DNA of 64,000 nt. Source: Takakia lepidozioides. Taxonomy: Eukaryota > Plantae > Bryophyta. A model generated the notes under the pieces. The model saw only the letters and a program-made list of their open reading frames with translations. It ran no database searches and had not been told where the DNA came from. The stretch lies in NCBI GenBank assembly GCA_030704615.1, contig CM060731.1, forward strand, positions 59,458,001 through 59,522,000. The letters are read 5' to 3'. Shown piece by piece: positions 11,869 through 23,721 of this stretch (position 1 is the stretch's first letter; each line of letters starts with the position of its first letter). Made by a program: the position numbers and the translations under genes.

Positions 11869-14800
11869 TCACCAGTAATCCCCACAAGAACAAATCCCAT
11901 CTTCAAAGTGGTGAAAGCGGTTAGCGTCCCGTACAACAATTGCTCGGCCAACAATCTTTGAGATCAATTTGGAGGAAGTGTGGCAGTCACCACACACTCG
12001 AAGATTCTTGATGAGACGGAGAGGCGTCCCAGGGATCGTGCTGATGAGCCCAAAACCAATGGCCAGCTTCTCACTGTGGTGGCAAAGAGAAAATTCCTTT
12101 TCCTCCTCCCCCACATCATGCAATACAAAGTGCATGTCAGGCACATACCCTGCCTCCTTCATCTGCCCAGACAATCTTCTCAGCTCAGCATGGATTTCCT
12201 TAATTCTGGGATGCAACTTGTCATCTACAACGAAGGTGTGCACCCTGTTGCCAACCTCAATGCAGCAGCGACCTGGCTCCTTTCTAACCCCTTTGACCTT
12301 CATCATTCTTCTCACCTTTGCAGTATCATCCCACCTGCCAGCTGCAGCATAGATGTTTGAGAGCAACAGATAAGTCGCGGCATCCTGTTCATGCCACGTG
12401 AGGATAGATGTTGCTGCACGTTCAGCCATCTCCACATTGCCATAGATTCTGCAGGCACCAAGCAAGGCCTTCCACACCACAGCATCTGGATTGATGGGCA
12501 TTTTATTAATCAGGTCCACTGCCTCATCCAGTTGTCCCGCACGTCCAAGAAGGTCCACATGCAGCCAAAGTGCTTTGCTGTCGGAGTGACACCATGATCT
12601 TGACTCAGGGAATCAAAGTAGCGTCTTCCTTCATTCAGTAGGCCAGCATGGCTGCATGCAGAGAGAACACATATAAAGGTGATATTGTCCGGCTTCAAGC
12701 CGTTCTTTTGCATTCCTTCAAATAGTTGCACGACCTCCCTATGACAACCATGCTGTGCATATCCTGCGATCATCGCACTCCACGACACCACATCTCGTTC
12801 AGCCATATTGTCGAACACTCCCTTAGCATCCTCGATGCACCCACATTTGGCATACATGTCCACCAGGGCAGTGTTCAGGATCACATCTGGTACAATGCCA
12901 GCTCTGACGATGTCGCCATGCACCTCTTTGCCCTTTCCCAGGGCTGCCAGGCTTGCACACGCACTGCAAACGCACACAAACGTGATGTGGTTGGGCTTCA
13001 CCCCTTCCCCCATCATTTGCTCATACGTGTCCAAAGCCTCCATCCCATGCCCCTGCTGTGCATACCCTGCGATCATCGCATTCCACGACACCACATTTCG
13101 TTCAGCCATATTGTCGAACACTCCCTTTGCATCCTCGATGCTCCCACATTTGGCATACATGTCCACCAGGGTATTGTTCAGAATCACATCTGGTACAATT
13201 CCAGCTCTGACGATGTCGCCATGCACCTCTTTGCCCTTTTCCAGGGCTGCCAGGCTTGCACACGCACTGCAAACGCACACAAACGTGATGTGGTCGGGCT
13301 TCACCCCTTCCCCCATCATTTGCTCATACGTCTCCAAAGCCTCCATCCCCCGCCCCTGCTGTGCATACCCTGCAAGCATCGCACTCCACGACACCACATC
13401 TCGTTCAGCCATATTGTCGAACACTCTCTTTGCATCCTCGATGCTCCCACATTTGGCATACATGTCCACGAGGGTATTGTTCAGGATCACATCTGGTACA
13501 ATTCCAGCTCTGACAATGTCGCCATGCACCTCTTTGCCCTTTTCCAGGGCTGCCAAGCTTGCACACGCACTGCAAACACACACAAACGTGATGTGGTTGG
13601 GCTTCACCCCTTCCCCCATCATTTGCTCATACGTCTCCAAAGCCTCCATTCCGCACCCCTGCTGTGCATACCCTGCAAGCATCGCACTCCACGACACCAC
13701 ATTTCGTTCAGCCATATTGTCGAACACTCCCTTTGCATCCTCGATGCTCCCACATTTGGCATACATGTCCACCAGGGTAGTGTTCAGGATCACATCTGGT
13801 ACAATTCCAGCTCTGACGATGTCGCCATGCACCTCTTTGCCCTATTCCAGGGCTGCCAAGCTTGCACACGCACTGCAAACGCACACAAACGTGATGGGGT
13901 TGGGCTTCACCCCTTCCCCCATCATTTGCGCATACGTCTCCAAAGCATTCCTATCACACCCATGCTTGGTAAATCCTGCCAACATTATATTCCACGTGAT
14001 CAAAGATCGTTGAGGCATTCTGTTGAACACTTGGTGAGCATCCATGATGCTCCCGCACTTAACGTACATGTTGACAAGGGTGTTGAGGAGAGAAACATTT
14101 GGCATGAATCCACTTTGGATAATGTGAGTGTGCACCTGCTTTCCAGCTTCCAGGCCTTTCACCTTGATGCACTTATGCAAGAGACAGACATATGTTTCTG
14201 AATCTGCTGACATGCCTCCTTGGTTTAAAGTCTGTAGAGCCTCTTTCAGTCTGCCTGCCTCACAAAGCATCTTCACATGCCCAGAAGTGCCAGAAGAGGC
14301 ATTGTGGACTCCCTCTCTTGATCCTCTTCCAGAAGCTGTGGTCATGGTTGAGGTGCCTGATTTTATCAACTGTGCCGCTGCAGCCGCTGCCTTTAGTTGA
14401 CCATCTACCCATGCAGGTTTCTTGTAGCTATTGATCCACAGCGAATCATAGGTAACCTTGTGCCTGAAAAATGGCACTCTTGGATGAATCTGGACCCACA
14501 CTCCATCCCTGCTCCTTCAGCTATCCATGCCTCTGCACAAATCATGCATACATCCTTGCCTTGCTGCTAGCAGCTGACAATGACAGCCTAGATTTGTTCT
14601 AGGAAACACCCAACTCAGCTTATCACACTAGTTCCTATGCTCATTGCGTCTGCTACTCTCTGTAATCCAACAGGCATTCACCTTTTTGCCTCGATTGTCC
14701 CACTATTGACTGGGGTCAAAAAAGTATTCTTTCCACAGCTTCTCCTCGTCTCTGTTACCCGTTTCTGGATACTTTCCTGTTGTCACATTGGCAGTATCAT

Positions 14801-16200
14801 GTCAAAGTCACTCCAAACTATCAAAGGTTCACTCAACCGGCTAATTTGCAGAATTCAACATGAAAATTTAGGGCCGATTCTGATAAGAGGGAAGAACAGG
14901 GTGAAAAGTGTTGAAGAAGGTGCCTTCATTAGCGGTGCCTGATTTTATCAACTGTGCCGCTGCTGCTGCGGCTTCAAGTGGACTATCTACCCATGCAGGT
15001 TTCTTGTAGCTATTGATCCACAGCGAATCATAGATAACCTTGTGCTTGAAATCTGGCACTCCTGGATGAATCTGGACCCACACTCTATCCCTGCTCCTTC
15101 AGCTATCCATGTCTCGGCACAAATCATGCATACATCCTTGCCTTGCTGCTAGCAACTGACAATGACAGCCTAGATTTCTTCCAGCATACTTATCACACTA
15201 GTTCCTATGCTGACTTGCATCTGCTTCCAACAGGCATTCACCTTTTTGTCTCCATTGTCCCACCATTGACTGGGGTCGGAAAAGTGTTCATTCCAAAGCT
15301 TCTCCTCATCGCTGTTATCTGTTTTTGGATACTTTCCTGCTGCCACATCGGCACTAACTTGTCAAAGTCATTCCAAACCACCACAGATCCACTGCAACAT
15401 ATGGCAAATGAAAGGCTACAACTTGGATGCAGACACCATAATCAATATGCAAATTCAGGGCCGAGTCTGATGAGAGCGCAAAACGGGCTGAATAGGTCGA
15501 AGAAGAAGGTGCCCTCACCACATTGTCCTTGACCTTGTGTCATGACCCATGGAGGATTTGACGGACCATCAACCCAAAAGGACCTCTTGTGTGTGCTGCT
15601 TGTGTCTGTAGTCAGGCAATGTCGGATTGGTCTGTGAGAACCACCACGGTGCAGCTGAGCAGGCAGAGATTGAAACCCGGTCTGCTAAGACCAAGCTGAC
15701 TATCCCAAGAACCTTGTAAACATCAGGAAGAATACCAAATCAGGAGCCAAGCGCCCACATTTGCAGGATGGACAAACTTCTTCACATCGTACATTACGAA
15801 AAAGCCACACCTTGAGATTGCGGTTGTCCCACCATCGTGAAGAATCTTTAAAAAACTCATGCCAGCTCTGCTCCGTGGTCCAAGGTAGAGGTTTGTGCTC
15901 GAAATCCGACAGCATCAACATTTTGACAAGGTCCTTTACTGAGGGGTGATAGTGAGCTTTCAACAACATTCATACAAGTTGTTTTGGGCTCCATTGGGCT
16001 CTTACACGATGAGGAACAACGAACTCCAAACTCTGCTCAAGAAAACGTGTGCTTTTACCGAACTTTCAACAAAGATATTACTGTGCTCTTCCAAGGTGGC
16101 AGTGGTCCGGGGCCCTACATCGACCACCGGTTCGTCGTCGTGACGTTCTGATGGCTCCTAGCGGTTAGCGCTTGCATGCAGTCGCCAAATGGGCCCCATA
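11869..16200 (-). pseudogene. PDF-motif x3 + PLS-PPR-E-DYW gene (copy B), disrupted
   Basis: Three intron-split PDF motifs at ~15870-15545, ~15335-14985 and ~14775-14405, then a PLS array with four 303-bp triplets and E-DYW. Lesions: AAG>TAG at 13842, 1-bp deletion at ~12558, TAG in the third PDF exon, frameshift in the first PDF. Confidence 0.85.
12770..13940 (-). repeat. 303-bp tandem PLS triplet repeats (copy B)
   Basis: Near-identical 101-codon units ([35 protein letters not shown]..). Confidence 0.95.
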
Positions 16201-16952
16201 TGCAAATGTCACTTTCCCAGGGCTAGGCATGCGATAGCCACCTTTCGAACAGCCGTGTTGATGTCCACCGGCTTTGGCTGATTTTATTTTTTGAACGACT
16301 AGGGGTACATGTTTGGAACATGAGAAAAACTTAAATGCCAAGACCCAGGGTAAAAGACTCTGGCTGCTCAGCGCCTTCCTCCCTGGTCGTTTTCAGAGAC
16401 CACTCTACAATCTCCAGACTGCAAACATAAGCTGGGTGAGCATCTGTGTAAGTCTGGACATGTTCCTTGTTCCTCATCGGGTAGAGCCCAATGGAGCCCA
16501 AAATAACTTGCATGAATGTTGTTGAAAGCTCACTAGCACCCCTCAGTAAAGGACCTTGTCAAAATGTTGATGCTGTCGGATTTTCGAGCACAAACCTCTA
16601 CCTTGGACCACGGAGCAGAGCTGGCATGAGTTTTTTAAAGATCCTTCACGATGGTGGGACAACCGCAGTCGCAACCGCAATCGCAAGGTGTGGCTTTTTC
16701 TTAGTGTACGAGGTGAAGAAGTTTGTCCATCCTGCAAATGTGGGTACTTGGGCTCCTGTTAGTACCAGGATTTGGTATTCTTCCTGATGTTTACAAGGTT
16801 CTTGGTCTTAGCAGGCCGTGTTTCAATCTCTGCCTGCTCAGCTGCACCGTGGTGGTTCTCACAGACCAATCCGACATTACCTGACTACAGACACAAGCAG
16901 CACACACAAGAGGTCCTTTTGGGTTGATGGTCCGTCAAATCCTCCATGGGTC

Positions 16953-19757
16953 ATGACTCAAGGTCAAGGACAATGTGGTGAGGGCACCTTCTTCTTCGAC
17001 CTATTTCAGCCCGTTTTGCGCTCTCATCAGACTCGGCCCTGAATTTGCATATTGATTATGGTGTCTGCATCCAAGTTGTAGCCTTTCATTTGCCATATGT
17101 TGCAGTGGATCTGTGGTGGTTTGGAATGACTTTGACAAGTTAGTGCCGATGTGGCAGCAGGAAAGTATCCAAAAACAGATAACAGAGATGAGGAGAAGCT
17201 TTGGAATGAACACTTTTCCGATCCCAGTCAATGGTGGGACAATGGAGACAAAAAGGTGAATGCCTGTTGGAAGCAGACGGAAGTCAGCATAGGAACTAGT
17301 GTGATAAGTAAGGTTGGGGTGTTTGATGGAAGAATTCTAGGCTGTCATTGTCAGTTGCTAGCAGCAAGGCAAGGATGTATGCATGATTTGTGCCTAGACA
17401 TGGATAGCTGAAGGAGCAGGGATAGAGTGTGGGTCCAGATTCATCCAAGAGTGCCATTTTTCAGGCACAAGGTTACCTATGATTCGCTGTGGATCAATAG
17501 CTACAAGAAACCTGCATGGGTAGATGGTCAACTAAAGGCAGCGGCTGCAGCGGCACAGTTGATAAAATCAGGCACCTCAACCATGACCACAGCTTCTGGA
17601 AGAGTATCAAGAGAGGGAGTCCACAATGCCTCTTCTGGCACTTCTGGGCATGTGAAGATGCTTTGTGAGGCAGGCAGACTGAAAGAGGCTCTACAGACTT
17701 TAAACCAAGGAGGCATGTCAGCAGATTCAGAAACATATGTCTGTCTCTTGCATAAGTGCATCAAGGTGAAAGGCCTTGAAGCTGGAAAGCAGGTGCACAC
17801 TCACATTATCCAAAGTGGATTCATGCCAAATGTTTTTCTCCTCAACACCCTTGTCAACATGTACGTTAAGTGCGGGAGCATCATGGATGCTCACCAAGTG
17901 TTCAACAGAATGCCTCAACGATCTTTGATCACATGGAATATAATGTTGGCAGGATTTACCAAGCATGGGTGTGGTAGGAATGCTTTGGAGACCTATGATC
18001 AAATGATGGGGGAAGGGGTGAAGCCCAACCACATCACGTTTGTGTGCGTTTGCAGTGCGTGTGCAAGCTTGGCAGCCCTGGAAAAGGGCAAAGAGGTGCA
18101 TGGCGACATCGTCAGAGCTGGAATTGTACCAGATGTGATCCTGAACACTACCCTGGTGGACATGTATGCCAAATGTGGGAGCATCGAGGATGCAAAGGGA
18201 GTGTTCGACAATATGGCTGAACGAAATGTGGTGTCGTGGAGTGCGATTCTTGCAGGGTATGCACAGCAGGGGCGCGGGATGGAGGCTTTGGAGATGTATG
18301 AACAAATGATGGGGGAAGGGGTGAAGCCCAACCACATCACGTTTGTGTGTGTTTGCAGTGCGTGTGCAAGCTTGGCAGCCCTGGAAAAGGGCAAAGAGGT
18401 GCATGGCGACATCGTCAGAGCTGGAATTGTACCGGATGTGATTCTGAACAATACCCTCGTGGACATGTATGCCAAATGTGGGAGCATCGAGAATGCAAAG
18501 GGAGTGTTCGACAATATGGCTGAACGAAATGTGGTGTCGTGGAGTGCGATGCTAGCAGGGTATGCAAAGCAGGGCCGCGGGATGGAGGCTTTGGAGATGT
18601 ATGAGCAAATGATGGGGGAAGGGGTGAAGCCCGACCACATCACGTTTGTGTGCGTTTGCAGTGCGTGTGCAAGCCTGGCAGCCCTGGAAAAGGGCAAAGA
18701 GGTGCATGGCGACATCGTCAGAGCTGGCATTGTACCAGATGTGATCCTGAACACTGCCCTGGTGGACATGTATGCCAAATGTGGGAGCATCGAGGATGCA
18801 AAGGGAGTGTTCGACAGTATGGTTGAACGAGATGTGGTGTCGTGGAACGCGATGATCGCAGGATATGCACAGCATGGTTGTCAGAGGGAGGTCGTGCAAC
18901 TATTTGAAGGAATGCAAAAGAACGGCTTGAAGCCGGACAGTATCACCTTTATATGTGTTCTCTCTGCATGCAGCCACGCTGGCCTACTGAATGAAGGAAG
19001 ACGCTACTTTGATTCCCTGAGTCAAGATCATGGTGTCACTCCGACAGCAAAGCACTTTGGCTGCATGGTGGACCTTCTTGGACGTGCGGGACAACTGGAT
19101 GAGGCAGTGGACCTGATTAATAAAATGCCCATCAATCCAGATGCTGTGGTGTGGAAGGCCTTGCTTGGTGCCTGCAAAATCCATGGCAATGTGGAGATGG
19201 CTGAACGTGCAGCAACATCTATCCTCACGTGGGATGAACAGGATGCCGCGACTTATGTGTTGCTCTCAAACATCTATGCTGCAGCTGGCAGGTGGGATGA
19301 TACTGCAAAGGTGAGAAAAATGATGAAGGTCAAAGGGGTAAGAAAGGAGCCAGGTCGCTGCTGCATTGAGGTTGGCAACAGGGTGCACACCTTCGTTGTA
19401 GATGACAAGGTGCATCCCAGAATTAAGGAAATCCATGCTGAGCTGAGAAGATTGTCTGGGCAGATGAAGGAGGCGGGGTATGTGCCTGACACACGCTTTG
19501 TGTTGCATGATGTGGGGGAGGAGGAAAAGGAATTTTCTCTTTGCCACCACAGTGAGAAGCTGGCCATTGGTTTTGGGCTGATTAGCACGTCCCCTGGGAC
19601 GCCTCTCAGTCTCATCAAGAATCTTCGAGTGTGTGGTGACTGCCACACCTCCACCAAATTCATCTCAAAGATTGTTGGCCGAGCAATTGTTGTACGGGAC
19701 GCTAACCGCTTTCACCACTTTGAAGATGGGATTTGTTCTTGTGGGGATTACTGGTGA
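16953..19757 (+). CDS. PDF-motif + PLS-type PPR + E1/E2 + DYW deaminase (copy A); predicted exons 16953-16977, 17161-17255, 17439-19757; an upstream frameshifted PDF motif lies at 16622-16950
   Basis: Uninterrupted 776-codon frame with L-S-(P-L-S)x3-P2-L2-S2-E1-E2, PG box, HSEKLA, CGDCH and terminal DYW. GT-AG splicing adds LWNEHFSDPSQWWDNGDKK to IHPRVPFFRHKVTYDSLWI. The true start codon is uncertain. Confidence 0.85.
17985..18875 (+). repeat. 303-bp tandem PLS triplet repeats (copy A)
   Basis: Three near-identical 101-codon units; the L motif is identical at protein level. Confidence 0.95.
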
Positions 19758-20614
19758 AAGGATGTTTTCTTGGAAAGATGTGAGTGTCTTGCTTCATTCA
19801 ATGATCTGTGTAGCTACTCAGATCATCCACCATCCTGAGGGTAGTGACCATGATGTACTGTTGAGTGCATGTCCTGTGGCATATCCACGGGAAAAGATAG
19901 TGGGGTCTACCCGGCATAGTGGGAAGTCAGCCCATAATTGCACTTGACTGAAGGGGTGATATTGGACTGACTTTGGTGACAGTGGATGGAAATCAGAGTG
20001 CTGTCCTAATTCTGGGTCTGGGTGGTGGAGCTTCTCCAAAGCTTGAAGATGGAAGGGAATACGAATTTTGATGAGCTTGATTAGAGGGGCAGCCCTGTAC
20101 ACAAGTTTGTTCAGCATCTTGAATTTGCACATGTTTGTTTTTTTCTTGTGGTGTGGCTTTGGATGCAGCCCTTGACGAACTTGCATGAATATTGTCAAAA
20201 GCTATCCTTAACCCAGCAAGATCCAATCCCATGGTGGCTGCTTGAAAGTTCATATAGTGATTTAAGGGTATTTGGGTATGTTGTTATTGATTGATGCCGC
20301 TTGACTCCCTCACACTATAACATCAGTTTGTGCATGTTGGAGTTCAAGGTTGGGGGACAGTCGAGGCCACCCACTTCAGAACACAATTGCTACAGTTGGA
20401 GACCAGATTTGGGAGCATGTATGAAACAACTATGCACAGTTTCATGCAACAATAAGCGATACTGCCAGTGTCCACCGACGCAGGTCTCTATCGCTGGTTT
20501 GACTCCCAGTGTTCTCAGTAACTACTTGAGCTGCCAATCTCAAACAAGCCAAAAGACTCTCCTGAAATCCCATTCAAGAGAAGTGAGGTCTTTTTCTCTT
20601 GCTTCCAGTAACCT

Positions 20615-21489
20615 ATTCTGGATTCCTCACGCTTGACTCCAGCAGGCCTCGGTCCTTAAACATGTCAGAGGCCCTGCCAATCACAGTCTGTCACTGGTCC
20701 AGCACTGACAAGGAGTTCAACCCGCCGGCCCCAGTAGATAAACCAGTCCTGCCTTGGATCCTAGCCAGTACCTTCGCTTGGATAGGAGGAGGGCCAATCC
20801 AGGATCTCCAACTTGAACCAGGGGAATGGCAGTGGAACTTGGAAGGAGCCCACTCTCAGTCCTTTACTTACTAGATGCTAAAAAAGCATACAGAGCCCTC
20901 AACAAGAACACGGCTTTCGCAGCAAAGTGGAATGACAAATGGGGGCATGAAAACTTCCAAGATGAGAACTGGGAGGGTATATGGGCTTTGGTTTGGGAGA
21001 AAAGCAAACCAGCCAAACTCAGTGCTTTCCTATGGCAGGTTGCTAACAGGGTACTGAAAGTAGGGCAAAATCTGAACTTCCAGGATGCTTTGCTCTGCAC
21101 CAGCTACCGTAGTGGCACCATACAAACCCTTGAGCACTGGGTCTCATTTCCTGTCAGGCTCCAACACTCATTTGGCCCTTTATTCCGTCCTTCTATTTAG
21201 TGTGGGGCTCAGTCAGCAGGCAATGTGGAACTGCTCCTTAACTATGATAAAAGATCAAAATCTATAGCCCGTAGATGCCGTGTCTTTGAGGCCCTCCGAG
21301 GAAAACCTTGGCACTGGGCACTGTCAGTAGGAGATCCAAGCATCTAACCAAATATCCTTCCAAACATGCCCGGAGGCTCTGGCAGTTATGGAAAGCTAGA
21401 AGCAGCTGGTCTTTGGAAAGATTAAACTCTACTGCTACTGCTCTTCTCACAAGAATCTTTTTTGACCTCACCATTGCGGCTAAGCTGGC
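20615..21489 (+). mobile_element. LINE (L1-type) ORF2 3' fragment with zf-RVT-like region
   Basis: AKKAYRAL..WEGIWALVWEKSKPAKLSAFLWQVANRVLKVG..LLC..LEH resembles the zinc-binding region after RT in plant LINEs; degenerate. Confidence 0.65.
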
Positions 21490-21932
21490 GTGACTTATGT
21501 GTTGCTATCAAACATCTATGCCACAGATGGCAGGTGGGAGGATAGAGCAAAGGTGAGAAATATGATGAAGGTCAGAGTGGTTCGAAAGGAGCCAGGTCGC
21601 TGCTACATTGAGGTTGGGAACGGGCTGCACACCTCTGTTGTAGATGACAACTTGCATCCCAAAATTAAGGAAATCCATGCTGAGCTGAGAAGATTGTCTG
21701 AGCAGATGAAGGAGGCAGGGTATTTTCCTGACACACGCTTTACAGTGTTGCATGATGTGGGGTAGGAGCAAAAGGAGCTCTCCGTCTCATCAAGAATCTT
21801 CGGGTGTGTGGTGACTGCCACACCTCCACCAAGTTCATCTCAAAGATTGTTGGCCGAGCAATTGTTGTACAGGACGCCACCTGCTTTCACCACTTTGAAG
21901 ATGGGCTTTGTTCTTGTGAGGATTACTGGTGA
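21490..21932 (+). pseudogene. E2-DYW fragment (copy D) with duplicated 3' flank extending to ~22533
   Basis: TYVLLSNIYATDGRW..KEPGRCYIEV..LHDVG*, HSEK segment deleted, ends in DYW; 21930-22533 parallels 19757-20612. Confidence 0.88.
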
Positions 21933-23714
21933 AATGATGTTCTTCTGGAAAGGTACTAGTCTCTTGCTTCATTCATTGATCTGTGTTTCCTGAGAATATT
22001 CACCATGAAACTGTTTAGGGGATTTCCTGTGGCATATCCACAGGAAATGATAGTGTGGTCAACCCAACAATGGTGGGAAGCAGCGCATAATTGCAGTTGA
22101 CTGGAGCAGGTAGGGGGTTTTTGACTGACTGACTGAGATCCAATCCCATGGTGGCCACTTGGAAGTTCACTTGGAAGTTCACATAGTGATTGTAATGGTA
22201 CTTGGGTAGTCTGTTAAGTTATTGATTGATGCTGCATGAATTGGATCCCTCACACTATAACATTGGTTTTCGTTTGAGTTCAAGGTTGGGGACATAGTTA
22301 AGGCCTACTCAATCCACTTTAGAACACAATTGCAAGACCAGATTTGGGAGCATGTAGAGTGCATAGTTTCCTGCAATGATCAGTGATACTGCTTAGTGTC
22401 CTCGGAATTGCTGGCATGACTCCCAGTGTTCTCAATAATTACTTGAGCTGCCGACCTCATACAAGCAGAAAGCTCTCCTAAATATTTGCTTTAAAGAAAT
22501 GAACTTCTTTTCTCAATCTCTTGCTTCCAGTAACTGTGGAATATCTTGGACTCATGGCGGTTGAAATGACAGAACTTTGAGTTTGAGCCAAGTTTGAGGT
22601 GCCACTCGAGTTTGGCGCAATAAAAGTACACCAGACTAATAATGAGAGGAAGATATGCTCGGTCGTCTGCTCCTATTTTGGCTGTGATGGCATTGTCCTC
22701 ACAAGATCCACTTTGCTGGTAACTTTGGGAGGACCAAAAAGAGAAAGGTTTTTTCTTTGTAGCGATGTGTGGTGTGATGCTCTCAACTCTTGCGCGAGGA
22801 TCAGGATTCTCCTTCCTCAGTAAGGTTTGGGGGAAAGTAGCATGCAGATAGGATCAATAGGTCGAGAACTCTGGGGATTCTGAATTCATCACTAGTCTTT
22901 CACCAAGAACACTATTCCATCCCTAGAAGATACCTTAAAAGTCTCTTCTTGTGAGAAGATGTGACATAACACTTTGAGAATACCAGAAAAAGGACCTTTT
23001 GTTTGTCAACTTTAGCAAGCCCAATGATGGGTGGTGAGGTACAAGTGGCCACCTCTGTCCCCACAATACCTTAGCCATGGACTATGACTCTAGTACTCCA
23101 GTATAGTTTTCATGTCCCTAGAATTGTAGCCACTGAATTGTACCTATGATGCAGATGGGATGACAATTGCTTTTGCACTTATCTGCATTCAAAAGAGAGT
23201 GACAGTCAAATTGGGCAGTTGTTACAAATTGAATACAATTGTTGCTTCATCTCATTCAATCAAATTTGTTTGGCTTATATGGTCTATCTTCCTTGGGATT
23301 GCCACACTACTACTTGCAAACTGATAAAAAAAAATTACAATGTGGTAGCATTTGTCTGTTACCTACTTGGTGGGTGGGCAGCTTGTGCCCTTTGCCGCCA
23401 TTTAGTTGAACTAACTAACATGTGCTTGAGCACGTTGCACTCCCAGTTCCTTCCAGCACCTTCTCAAGGCAGCTGCACACCCAAGTTTGAGGTGCCACTT
23501 GAGCAGTCGTCTTAATTACTAAAACACTCACAAACTAAGATTCAAGAATACTCCCCACACAACATCACAGAAGAGAAATGGAGAGCAACTTGTTCCAACC
23601 TAGGTCTTTGTTTATTCAAATTCTTCCAGGGCCATCAAAGAGATTGTCGAATAACCACTCCGTACACAATCCCTGATTTTGGCCCAGCAAGAGAGGAAAT
23701 AGACAAAAGAATCG

Positions 23715-23721
23715 AAAAAAA
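23715..23721 (-). terminator. Pol III oligo-T terminator of U3
   Basis: T7 on the minus strand just after box D and the terminal stem. Confidence 0.7.

Noticed and set aside
13842-13844. Stop codon rescued by U-to-C editing
   Set aside because: Sister repeats have AAG (Lys), so TAG is an A>T mutation, and the gene is nuclear.
12726-14201. Long antisense ORFs (491, 401, 319, 263 aa) over the PPR arrays
   Set aside because: They are shadow frames: a stop-free 303-bp unit repeated in tandem stays open on the opposite strand.
19330-19757. U-to-C (DYW:KP/GRP-type) editor
   Set aside because: The domain has a PG box, HSEKLA and a DYW end, matching the canonical C-to-U type.
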